25,459 nucleotides of DNA from a virus. Each line of letters opens with the position of its first letter. Within the stretch, counting starts at the first letter, position 1. Of the stretch, positions 5,877 through 14,106 are shown piece by piece. A program made the translations under genes and the position numbers. The stretch is taken from positions 1 through 25,459 of IMG/VR virus record IMGVR_UViG_3300026625_000038. One strand, written 5' to 3'. The notes below the pieces were generated by a model, which saw nothing but the letters and a program-made list of their open reading frames with translations, was not told the DNA's origin and did no database searches.

Positions 5877-7469
5877 TTAACCTACAAATACTATAGTTTG
5901 TTGCGGTTGAGAATTTGAAGGCATTACTCCATTTGGAGGATAAGCTCTAGTCCTAACCCAATATATTGTAGGAAAATTGTAACTTTGTGCGTTATAAGCC
6001 CATCCAAGTGCAAGATAATCAGTTTCTGCAGTTACAGAATTATTAGTATACGAATTACCTTCATAATACCATGTTACTGTTGTCCCACCATTCCGTACTC
6101 CAAAAATTTGTATTCCTGACGAAGAAATAGAAACAGTATTAATTTTTGTATTATTATTAAAAAGTGTATCAGACCCTGATACGCCTAACATATGCATGTT
6201 TGAGTATCCTGTATACCTATTTAGCTGAAAATATGTATAATTTCTAGAATATGTGGTAGATGACATATTTAAAGCCCATTCTGCTATTATCGATGATGTT
6301 TCTTGAACATTTAAATTATATGCAGAAGGAGCAGAACCGCTGGAAGGTTCAGCGATAAAACCGTTATTTACTTGGTAACTAAAACCTGAAGGGACTGTCC
6401 ATGCCGGGTTTAATGTAGTCCCTTTAAAATTATCATAAAAATTAAATACATTTCCTCCATTATCATATTGTGCATATGTAGAAGATAAATATGGGGCCAT
6501 TCCAGTGTAAGGGTATTGAATTGAATTTTGTATAAACATATAAATAGTTAATGAACCATTTGCTGGAATTGAAGTTGGGATTTTTACCCAAATATAAGCA
6601 TTAGTTAAATTATTTTGTTCAATCCAAGCATATAATGGAGTATTACATTGAGGGTCTAAACAAAATTGCAAGTTTAAAAGCTGACTTGCACTTGATAAAA
6701 GAGTTGATAAATTTAGAATTAGCAATTGTTGAAACGGTGAAGGTGTTGGGTATGGCTGATTATTTGTTATTGTAATTACATAAGTAGATATTGGAGTTCC
6801 AGTAAAACTAATTATCTCACTTAACAAAGTCGGACTTTGTGCAGTTAATTGTATTTCTGATGGAGAACTCGCAGTTATTTTTAAACATTGTTTAGGCATT
6901 AAATATATTGCATTGTTTATTTGTACTGCGTTATTGCCTAAATTTTGAATTGTTATTTCTCTCCAAGTTTGTAAATATGAAGGGTCAAAATAATTTTGTA
7001 TTAAATTTTGTACAGTCGTAGAACCGGAAAATTGAAATTGAGTGCCTGCTACATAGTTTGGTACGGTAATTTTACTTATTAAATTTGGAATTAATAGTTG
7101 TAATTGTTTAGCCAACGGTTGTAATTGTACTTGAAAGTTTAGAGTTGGCAATGTTATAGTTTCTAATCCAAAAAACGGTCTGTTTGCCATACTTTCAAAC
7201 GGTTGTTGGTTTCCCATGCCAAAAGTATAAGCTTCTGGCTCTGACAAATTATGTAAAGCGTTATAACCGTTTATTTTCAAACTTGCAACACTTAAATACT
7301 TTGCAATTACTTCATTTAAATTTTGAAAACTACCGTTTTGGAAATATTGTAATAATTGAGCTGAACCGTATTGATTTAAAAATAATAAATTTTGTATGAA
7401 GTTATTCCATTCTTGCAAAGTTAAATATTCTAGGGGCAATTTATAGTTAATAGTGTACGGTAAAGCCAT
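5877..7469 (-). CDS. Large minor virion protein class (530 aa), C-terminal DUF2341 / ConA-like lectin-type domain
   Basis: Intact ORF behind a structural-type promoter (7511-7537). IWVKIPTSIPANGSLTIYMF resembles the DUF2341 signature, and YDNGGNVFNFYDNFKGTTLNPAWTV resembles the start of a LamG/ConA-like domain. Size falls in the ~530-580-aa conserved rudiviral virion protein class. Confidence 0.8.
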   Translation of the reverse strand: MALPYTINYKLPLEYLTLQEWNNFIQNLLFLNQYGSAQLLQYFQNGSFQNLNEVIAKYLSVASLKINGYNALHNLSEPEAYTFGMGNQQPFESMANRPFFGLETITLPTLNFQVQLQPLAKQLQLLIPNLISKITVPNYVAGTQFQFSGSTTVQNLIQNYFDPSYLQTWREITIQNLGNNAVQINNAIYLMPKQCLKITASSPSEIQLTAQSPTLLSEIISFTGTPISTYVITITNNQPYPTPSPFQQLLILNLSTLLSSASQLLNLQFCLDPQCNTPLYAWIEQNNLTNAYIWVKIPTSIPANGSLTIYMFIQNSIQYPYTGMAPYLSSTYAQYDNGGNVFNFYDNFKGTTLNPAWTVPSGFSYQVNNGFIAEPSSGSAPSAYNLNVQETSSIIAEWALNMSSTTYSRNYTYFQLNRYTGYSNMHMLGVSGSDTLFNNNTKINTVSISSSGIQIFGVRNGGTTVTWYYEGNSYTNNSVTAETDYLALGWAYNAQSYNFPTIYWVRTRAYPPNGVMPSNSQPQQTIVFVG

Positions 7470-7510
7470 ATGTTATGTTATGTTAGTTTACGTAAATAAA
7501 CACACTTAGC

Positions 7511-7537
7511 GTATATATAATATTATGTATATAGCAC
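7511..7537 (-). promoter_or_regulatory. Promoter of the 530-aa / 316-aa structural operon (variant module)
   Basis: The minus strand reads gtgctatatacataatattatatatac, ~45 nt upstream of ATG 7469. Confidence 0.6.
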
Positions 7538-7566
7538 AGTACTATTGTCTTCCTTTTTATATTTAT

Positions 7567-10500
7567 TTAGCGAGCTGAACGTAATTGCCAATTTAATATT
7601 ATTAATTGTATTTCTTCATCAGTTAAACCATACTTTTTAAATTGCTGTAAATATTGTTGTGCAGTATTTAAATCAATTTTTTGTTTTTCAAATAATAAAT
7701 TAATCGTAGTAATAATATCATGGACATACCTGCTAATTCTTCTATTTCTTGCATATTCAAAATAAACATTTTGTAAATCGTTAGGAACTTGAAATTCCGA
7801 AAATACCTTTTGTAATAATTGTGTTGGGTTTGATAAATATTCGCTTATTGTTAAAGCTTTTGAAGGTGTAATGTAAAGTTCTTGGTAAGCCATTAATAAT
7901 TTTCTAATTTGTGCTGATAATTTATAAATACCTAATAAAACGTCATTAATACCATATTGTTTTAATAAACTTTCTAGTTGTGTATTTTGCACACCGTAAA
8001 TTAAAAGTTGAATATATTCAGTTTTAAGAGATTGTACATATTCTCCTACAAAAATTTGTTGGAATAAATTAACGTGTAAATTTAACAATTCTGATGGTAT
8101 AAATGAATATTCAACAAGTTGGTTAAGCGGATAATTATATTTAATTGCGTTTTCAATGTTAGAAAGTGAAGGTAAATATTTTCTCCAAATTTCTAAACCA
8201 AATGAAGAAGCATATTGGTCTAATAAAACTTTAATTTGGTTATCTGGAATTCCTAGTTGTCTTAATTCATTTTCGGCATTACCTAAGTTTACTGGTATTT
8301 TACCAACTTTAAACAATTGACCTTGTACAATATTACTAATAATTGTGTGTAAACTGTAAAATGTTGGTATGTAAGTTTGTACAAATAAATTAGCTAAATC
8401 TTTTTGCATACCTAAATTTTCAAGTCTGCTTATCGCATTTGTTGGAGTTATTTGTAAATCTTTTAATAATGTTTTTATGTATTCAATTTCTGTTGTTAAT
8501 TGAAAAACTTGAATTGCCGGTTTAATTTCATATTCTACAATATCTTTCGGTAATTTTGAAATATTTGCTGTTATACCATGTCTTGCTAATTGCGTGTAAT
8601 AACTTATAATTTTTGGATATATATATTCAAAGTAAAACTTTTGTGTATAAATGTCAATTGCAGTTTTATCTTTCAAAATTTTTCCTAGTTCTGTATTTAA
8701 TTGTTGTTGGTCAAAATAAAGTGTTTTTGCAATACTTTCAATTAACGAAAGTTGAAGTTTTGCAATGTTTATATTATATTCTTCTTGTATTATTTCATTT
8801 ACCAAATAATCATTTACTTTTAGTTTTCTTAATTCTGTTTCCACAAATTTGGGGTCAATCAAAAAGCTTCTTAATTGTTGTTTTAATGCGTTTAAAGTTG
8901 AAGATATGGCAATTTCTTGGTTTAGGTAATTTAAAAACACATCTTCAAACTCTTTTATAACACCTATTGCATTTAGCTCTTTTTTAATTTCATCAACTGA
9001 TAAATACCCTTTTCTAGCTAAACTTTCAATTTGCGAAATTTGATATTTTATAAGTGGTGCAGTTTGGTACTCAAAAATTGTCTCAGAAATTATTGAATTA
9101 TCGAAACCTAAGCTTTTTAATCCTTTTTCTGCGTCTCTACTACTTATAATATAATTTTGTAATTTAAACTGAAATTCTTTTAGTAAATGTTGTAATTGTA
9201 TGTATTTAAGTTCACCTTGTAAAATTGCCAATGCTACATTTTCATTAAAATTATTAGCTTTTAATTCTGATTTTATTTCTTTTTCATTAAATATTCCCAA
9301 TCTCACAATTTGTTGTAATTGTGTTAGTAACAATTGGTTAGTATAAACAATTTGCGATTCTTCAATCATGATATTAAAAACTTGTTCTACTTGTGTTGGA
9401 TAGCCTAAACTTTTGAATAAAGTTTGTATTGTTGTTTGTAAAAATTTTAAATCAATGTAAGGTCTTCCAAAATTGGTCAATGCCCTACTTAAAAGTGATC
9501 TTAAAAATTGTCTTATAAGTCTTTGTGTTGCATATTGGTATTCAAGGTCAAAAACTTTTAAAAATAGGTCTTTACCGGCTAAATTAATATTTTTAATAAT
9601 TTCTTCATATGCTTGAGAAGGTGTTACTACAAATTGTCTAATGCCTTCTTCAACAGCTTTTTGTAATAAACGTGCTGTCTCATTTTTATACATTAATTGT
9701 GCAGTTTTTGGAGTTATTAAATTATTATATGAATATTGTGAAACAGCGTCAAAATTCAAAAATCCATATTGTGCACCTAAAATGACATCACGAATTGAGA
9801 CGGGTTTAAATATAGGGTTTAAAGGTACAAAATCATTAGCCGGAGGTGTTAAATAAGCGTTTGTAAACCAAGCGGGGAAACCAGTTAATAAAATTGTTTC
9901 ACTTAAATGGTCTTGAATTTCTTCAAATGACCTAACTGCTACCCAATTGGCAATTAATCTAAATGGTGGATCTGCAAATGGTAAATCTCCCAAACCTATG
10001 TTATTAAATATTTCTCTTGCAGTTATTTTAAAATCTGCAATAAAAGGTTCTTTTAAAAATTCTTTAAGAGTAACTTGTATTTCTTGTCTAACTTCATTTA
10101 AAAAATCAACTCCAGATTCTGCAAAAGCTTTTATAATTTCTCCAAATTTTATTGGGATTCTACCACCTAAACCAATTGGTGCCAAAGAAATTTCAATTTC
10201 AGGTAAAATTTCAGCTAATTTTTCTGAAATTGCAGGTAAAAATTTACCAATTGTTATTGGAGCTATAAAAGGAGTTAAAAATTGTACAATTTGTGAAATT
10301 GCTGGCGCTATGCGAGACATATTTGAACCAAAGCCGGATAAAAAGTCTTGCACAATTGTAGAAATTATTTGAGCAAACACATTTGCAATGTTTTGAAAAA
10401 AACCATAAGCATCATTTATAAATTGTGAAGCTATTGATGATAAAACTTGAAAAGCGTTTACAATTTGTTGTTCAAGCCAACTTAAAAAACCTTGTATAAT

Positions 10501-10743
10501 TGGTATCGCAGTTTGTACAAAATTTTGTAGAATTGTAAGAAAATCAGTTGCAATATTTTGCATAAAAGTTGGTATATCGCCAATTGCTTGGCCTATAAAA
10601 CTAAGTGTATTTTGTATATCTGTCGTTATTGCATTCATAAAATTTATAAAAGTTGAACTTACCCAATTTGCAAAGTTTTCTAACGCTGATATTTCATCGG
10701 AGAAAAACGTACCAATAGCTCCTAAGTCAAATATTGTACTCAT
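7567..10743 (-). CDS. Terminal fibre / large minor structural protein (1058 aa from ATG 10743)
   Basis: The only >1000-aa ORF. Size matches the SIRV2 P1070 class. The track start at 10767 is TTG, and ATG 10743 (MSTIFDLG) is preferred. It has a helical N-terminus and repeated LxxLG modules in the C-terminal half. Confidence 0.9.
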   Translation of the reverse strand: MSTIFDLGAIGTFFSDEISALENFANWVSSTFINFMNAITTDIQNTLSFIGQAIGDIPTFMQNIATDFLTILQNFVQTAIPIIQGFLSWLEQQIVNAFQVLSSIASQFINDAYGFFQNIANVFAQIISTIVQDFLSGFGSNMSRIAPAISQIVQFLTPFIAPITIGKFLPAISEKLAEILPEIEISLAPIGLGGRIPIKFGEIIKAFAESGVDFLNEVRQEIQVTLKEFLKEPFIADFKITAREIFNNIGLGDLPFADPPFRLIANWVAVRSFEEIQDHLSETILLTGFPAWFTNAYLTPPANDFVPLNPIFKPVSIRDVILGAQYGFLNFDAVSQYSYNNLITPKTAQLMYKNETARLLQKAVEEGIRQFVVTPSQAYEEIIKNINLAGKDLFLKVFDLEYQYATQRLIRQFLRSLLSRALTNFGRPYIDLKFLQTTIQTLFKSLGYPTQVEQVFNIMIEESQIVYTNQLLLTQLQQIVRLGIFNEKEIKSELKANNFNENVALAILQGELKYIQLQHLLKEFQFKLQNYIISSRDAEKGLKSLGFDNSIISETIFEYQTAPLIKYQISQIESLARKGYLSVDEIKKELNAIGVIKEFEDVFLNYLNQEIAISSTLNALKQQLRSFLIDPKFVETELRKLKVNDYLVNEIIQEEYNINIAKLQLSLIESIAKTLYFDQQQLNTELGKILKDKTAIDIYTQKFYFEYIYPKIISYYTQLARHGITANISKLPKDIVEYEIKPAIQVFQLTTEIEYIKTLLKDLQITPTNAISRLENLGMQKDLANLFVQTYIPTFYSLHTIISNIVQGQLFKVGKIPVNLGNAENELRQLGIPDNQIKVLLDQYASSFGLEIWRKYLPSLSNIENAIKYNYPLNQLVEYSFIPSELLNLHVNLFQQIFVGEYVQSLKTEYIQLLIYGVQNTQLESLLKQYGINDVLLGIYKLSAQIRKLLMAYQELYITPSKALTISEYLSNPTQLLQKVFSEFQVPNDLQNVYFEYARNRRISRYVHDIITTINLLFEKQKIDLNTAQQYLQQFKKYGLTDEEIQLIILNWQLRSAR

Positions 10744-10821
10744 ATTATTTATATTACTGCAAAACAAAAATATAAATGATACTGGTAAAATTCAAAAAAT
10801 TTTTACCTTTTAATTTAAAGC

Positions 10822-11034
10822 TTACTCATTTGGTTTCTCACTTTCTCCCTTTACTTGCAATTTTCTCATTTCTTTAACAATTTTTACAACTTCTAACGCT
10901 TTTTGAAAAACTTCGCTTTTTCTAACATTTTCATCATTACACGTGGCTAACGCCATTGTTAAATCATCGAGAGCTAAATAAAGTTTAGCCGTTATTTCCG
11001 TACTTAAACTTAATTTTCTCTTTGTCTCTGACAT
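10822..11034 (-). CDS. Hypothetical 70-aa helical protein
   Basis: Intact ORF between hjc and the fibre gene. It overlaps the hjc 3' end by 50 nt in another frame. No motif recognised. Confidence 0.45.
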   Translation of the reverse strand: MSETKRKLSLSTEITAKLYLALDDLTMALATCNDENVRKSEVFQKALEVVKIVKEMRKLQVKGESEKPNE

Positions 11035-11350
11035 CTTGCTTTAAATTATAAAATATGACACTTTTATATTTTTTATAATGAACAACAACTAAAGTCTTGC
11101 ATTCACAAAAATTAAACATTTCGCAAAATTTAAACAGTTTTTCAATTTGTTGTTTATCTATTTCAACATAATTTTTTGAAGTAGATTTAACTTCAATTGC
11201 GAAAATTACGTTATTATGTGTTGCTATAATATCCGGCAATGCTTGTTTACCTGTGCCGGAAACTGGTATTCTTAAAACTTTATAACCACCTTTTTCTAAT
11301 ATTTCCAAAGTTTTATATTCATAATATTTGCCGGATTGCCGGAAATTCAT
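10985..11350 (-). CDS. hjc: Holliday junction resolvase (Hjc-type, 121 aa)
   Basis: Archaeal Hjc pattern: GxxYE..(YEYKTLEILEKGGY), RIPVSG.G....PDIIA, then IEVKS (catalytic D...E-x-K). The 121-aa size equals the SIRV resolvase. Confidence 0.9.
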   Translation of the reverse strand: MNFRQSGKYYEYKTLEILEKGGYKVLRIPVSGTGKQALPDIIATHNNVIFAIEVKSTSKNYVEIDKQQIEKLFKFCEMFNFCECKTLVVVHYKKYKSVIFYNLKQDVRDKEKIKFKYGNNG

Positions 11351-11353
11351 GGT

Positions 11354-11815
11354 TTACCCCTTATTTAACCATTTAATAAATATTGGGTGTTTTGTCCTAT
11401 TTGTTTCTCCAATTTGTTGAAAACCGGCTTTTTTATATAAAGCATTTGAATGGTCTAACATACCTAAAGTCCACAACACTTCAATCCCGTCATTTTTAAG
11501 TTTTTCACTTAAATCAATTAAAAATTTAACTAAGTAATCTCCAGGTGCCGTTTTTGTAATTCTTCTAATAAAATATGTTCTATCAAATGGAATATTATAA
11601 TTTTGTGCAATAAAACGAAAAGGCGTATTATCGTGAAGCCATGCAATTGCAACTATAAATTTTTGGTTTTCTTCATTTGCAATATATAAAAAATAACGGG
11701 AATATTTTCCAGCTCCACTGCCTTGAGGTATTGATTGCGAATGATAAAATTCAATTAACAACCTTGCAAATTTTATTAATTCTTTTTCTTTCGCTTCTTC
11801 AATTACAAACTCCAT
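11354..11815 (-). CDS. GNAT-like acetyltransferase-fold protein (153 aa from ATG 11815), putative
   Basis: The C-terminal ...NALYKKAGFQQIGE is a typical GNAT motif B. RRITKTAPGDYLVKFL resembles the acetyl-CoA-binding loop. The track start at 11827 is TTG. The gene lies 3 nt upstream of hjc, so likely an operon. Confidence 0.6.
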   Translation of the reverse strand: MEFVIEEAKEKELIKFARLLIEFYHSQSIPQGSGAGKYSRYFLYIANEENQKFIVAIAWLHDNTPFRFIAQNYNIPFDRTYFIRRITKTAPGDYLVKFLIDLSEKLKNDGIEVLWTLGMLDHSNALYKKAGFQQIGETNRTKHPIFIKWLNKG

Positions 11816-11841
11816 ATTTACCAACAATTATTACAGTGTAT

Positions 11842-11855
11842 GACATATATATACA
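11842..11855 (-). promoter_or_regulatory. TATA box + GTC promoter of the GNAT-like / hjc operon
   Basis: The minus strand reads tgtatatatatGTCatac, ~27 nt upstream of ATG 11815. Confidence 0.55.
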
Positions 11856-11901
11856 TTATGCGTATTGTGAATTTTTGTTTTTTAACTGCACATTTGTAAT
11901 T

Positions 11902-13302
11902 ATGGCTACTGTGTTAAGTAAAAGAAATATTGCATCGATGAAACAAAAATTATATCAAAAAGTTTTAAATAGAAATACATTTCCGGCATTTTCAGCGATG
12001 TTTGATGCCGGTGTTTTTTCAGTTTTACCTTCAGCATTGGAAAGTATTGAAATACCGGAAGGTATAAATACAAATTACGGTATTGCTTACGCTTCAATTA
12101 TTACAACTTTGCTTTCTTCATTAAATAATTTAGCAATTTCAACATTTAATTCTGATATAACAAGTTTTACAAATTTACAACTAGGTTTTACTCCTTTGTT
12201 TGGTACTGCAAGCGGTTTACAATTTGTACAACAAAGTACCGCTTTATATGATAATTATGTAAAACTATGTTCAACTTTGTATCAACCGGCGGTTTTTGAT
12301 GAAACTTATTTTGGTTTAAGCGTTTATCAACCAGCATTAGCAATTGAATACCAAAACGCTTCTTGTAAAAAAATTGAAAAATATTTTTCTCAATTACCAG
12401 TTTCAAATATTTCTGTTGATTTACCTAGTTTAGGTATTGGTAATACTAGTATTACAAGTTCCGATAGTTTTAGTTTACAAAATATACAGAATACCGGAGT
12501 TAATGATTTATTAAATACATTAAATATAAACTACAATCAACTACCCGATTTAGCTAAGTTTGTTATTTCGTTTATTCCAAATTTAAACGAAATAATTAAT
12601 AGTGGACTTGCGCTTGATGTTGGGTGGCTAGATAGGTGTGTTTTAGTCCCAAATATTGAAGAAATACCAAGTTATAAAGTACAATTACAAAACGGTATGA
12701 TTTTGCAAAATTTTGCGGATATTTTTGGGATGATTTTGGATTATACACCTCTAGATTTTGCGGTTTTAATTCCCGAATTTAATCCTAATAATGTTACACA
12801 ACTAGATTTAGTTGCTATTTTAACGGCAGATAAAACTGTAATTTCAATATTTGGCAGTTTGTTTAAATTGCATTTGTATGACCCTTCACCAGGTGGGACA
12901 AATATAGCTTATAATTCAGAAATTGAGAATTATGCTGTTACTTATCAACAATTTCTCAACATTCAACAAATTGTTAATAAAAAATATGCCAATGTCTGGT
13001 ACGCTAAAATGGTGGCAAGTGCAATAATTGAAATTGCTAGATATCCATATCAACAAAATTATAGTTATAATTCCGGAAAAAGGACATTATCTTATTCTGA
13101 CTTTTTGAATTATTGGCAAACAAAATGGTCTTTTTATGGGGTTTCGCAAGAAGATTTACAATTTGCGCAACAATTTGGAGAACAATTGCAAGGCCAAGCC
13201 CAAGTTGAAAATGTGTTAAAACAAGCACAAAAATCTACTAAAGTAAAACAATATAAACCGATATTTTATTATAAAAACTTCCAAAATATTGCAAGTAGGT
13301 AA
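11902..13302 (+). CDS. Conserved minor virion protein class (466 aa from ATG 11902)
   Basis: The track ORF begins at 11677 but overlaps the divergent gene and promoter. ATG 11902 (MATVLSKRN) lies after the divergent promoter region 11828-11901. Size falls in the ~460-490-aa conserved rudiviral structural protein class. Confidence 0.8.
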   Translation: MATVLSKRNIASMKQKLYQKVLNRNTFPAFSAMFDAGVFSVLPSALESIEIPEGINTNYGIAYASIITTLLSSLNNLAISTFNSDITSFTNLQLGFTPLFGTASGLQFVQQSTALYDNYVKLCSTLYQPAVFDETYFGLSVYQPALAIEYQNASCKKIEKYFSQLPVSNISVDLPSLGIGNTSITSSDSFSLQNIQNTGVNDLLNTLNINYNQLPDLAKFVISFIPNLNEIINSGLALDVGWLDRCVLVPNIEEIPSYKVQLQNGMILQNFADIFGMILDYTPLDFAVLIPEFNPNNVTQLDLVAILTADKTVISIFGSLFKLHLYDPSPGGTNIAYNSEIENYAVTYQQFLNIQQIVNKKYANVWYAKMVASAIIEIARYPYQQNYSYNSGKRTLSYSDFLNYWQTKWSFYGVSQEDLQFAQQFGEQLQGQAQVENVLKQAQKSTKVKQYKPIFYYKNFQNIASR

Positions 13303-13317
13303 CACAAAATTTCCACA

Positions 13318-13343
13318 CTATATTCCTAATATTTTATATATAG
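13318..13343 (+). promoter_or_regulatory. Structural-type promoter module, copy 1 of a tandem triple
   Basis: ctatattcctaatattttatatatag: a TATA-rich core flanked by the dyad CTATAT...ATATAG. Confidence 0.55.
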
Positions 13344-13377
13344 CGTGGTGGAACTGTGAAACTACACAAAAACAGTG

Positions 13378-13402
13378 CTATATTCCTAATATAATATATA
13401 TA
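13378..13402 (+). promoter_or_regulatory. Structural-type promoter module, copy 2 of a tandem triple
   Basis: ctatattcctaatataatatatata, exactly 60 bp after copy 1. Confidence 0.55.
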
Positions 13403-13462
13403 ACTCAGCATTTTTGTGGAATTGCAATATTTTTATAACAAAAAACCGTATAAAAAGCGAGT

Positions 13463-13487
13463 CATATTCCTAATATAATATATATAG
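13463..13487 (+). promoter_or_regulatory. Structural-type promoter module, copy 3 of a tandem triple (proximal to the ORF at 13536)
   Basis: catattcctaatataatatatatag, 84 bp after copy 2 and ~49 nt upstream of GTG 13536. Confidence 0.6.
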
Positions 13488-13535
13488 CGCAGTGGCACTG
13501 AGTATTTTTTATCTCCTTTTTGCAAAATATTAATT

Positions 13536-13880
13536 GTGAAAGAAATAGACCCTTTTGCAAACTTGTTTGGAATTGTTAGGTTAGCAATTGACAAAATCAG
13601 AGAATTGGAATTACAAGGCCAAATTTACGGTTTATCTCGCTATCTTCCAAATTCAATTATTCTTGTAAAAACTATAAATTTTCCATTAATAGTAGATTTA
13701 TATATCCCGGGTTTTACTTTTTATTTTCAATTTCTCATAGTAAAAGACCCAAAAACTAACCAAATTCGAATAAGTGATTTTAGGGTAGTTTACCCGCAAC
13801 CTATTGCAATACAAACAAATACAATGAATAATTTGCCGGGCATGGACATAAACCCCACAACCGGTGAAGAAGATGGATGA
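13536..13880 (+). CDS. Hypothetical protein (114 aa, GTG start)
   Basis: Intact ORF ~49 nt downstream of the third tandem promoter module. It overlaps the next ORF. Confidence 0.6.
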   Translation: MKEIDPFANLFGIVRLAIDKIRELELQGQIYGLSRYLPNSIILVKTINFPLIVDLYIPGFTFYFQFLIVKDPKTNQIRISDFRVVYPQPIAIQTNTMNNLPGMDINPTTGEEDG

Positions 13881-14103
13881 AATAACTTTAATATTTGCAA
13901 TTATCTCAACAACAATAACTACTTTACTTGCAATTATTCAACTTTATATAAAAATTAAAAATGCGTTAAAAGACGCTGTAAAAGAAATTGTAGATTCAGA
14001 ACTACAAAATTTGAAAATACAAATTGAAGAACTAAAAATAAGCCAAAATGAACTAAAAACACAAATTGAAGAAATAAAAAGGAAAATATATGAAAAGAAA
14101 TAA
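13864..14103 (+). CDS. Small membrane protein, N-terminal TM helix plus coiled coil; candidate pyramid-forming egress protein (PVAP-like)
   Basis: ITLIFAIISTTITTLLAIIQLYI is a TM segment, followed by a heptad-like helical region (ELQNLKIQIEELKISQNELKTQIEEIKRKI). This is the same architecture as SIRV2 P98 / STIV C92. The start may be ATG 13873. Confidence 0.55.
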   Translation: MKKMDEITLIFAIISTTITTLLAIIQLYIKIKNALKDAVKEIVDSELQNLKIQIEELKISQNELKTQIEEIKRKIYEKK

Positions 14104-14106
14104 ATA

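Noticed and set aside
8613-10372. Plus-strand ORFs 8613-8960, 9641-9856 and 9947-10372 inside the fibre gene
   Set aside because: They are antisense to a 3.2-kb conserved-size structural gene. Such long antisense frames arise easily in AT-rich, stop-poor sequence.
10784-10807. Hairpin GGTAAAA-N10-TTTTACC upstream of the fibre gene, and its 16/17-nt similarity to the genome terminus (29-44, GGTAAATTCAAAAAAT)
   Set aside because: The stem is only 7 bp and A/T-rich. My rough estimate is that a 16-nt match in a genome this AT-rich is expected by chance a few times. It might still be a terminator or operator, but the evidence is insufficient.
13318-13487. The three ~25-bp direct repeats as a mini-CRISPR array
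   Set aside because: The spacers are irregular (35 and 60 nt). The same element sits as a single copy upstream of the capsid and other genes in promoter position, and its core is a TATA box. It is therefore a promoter module, not a CRISPR repeat.
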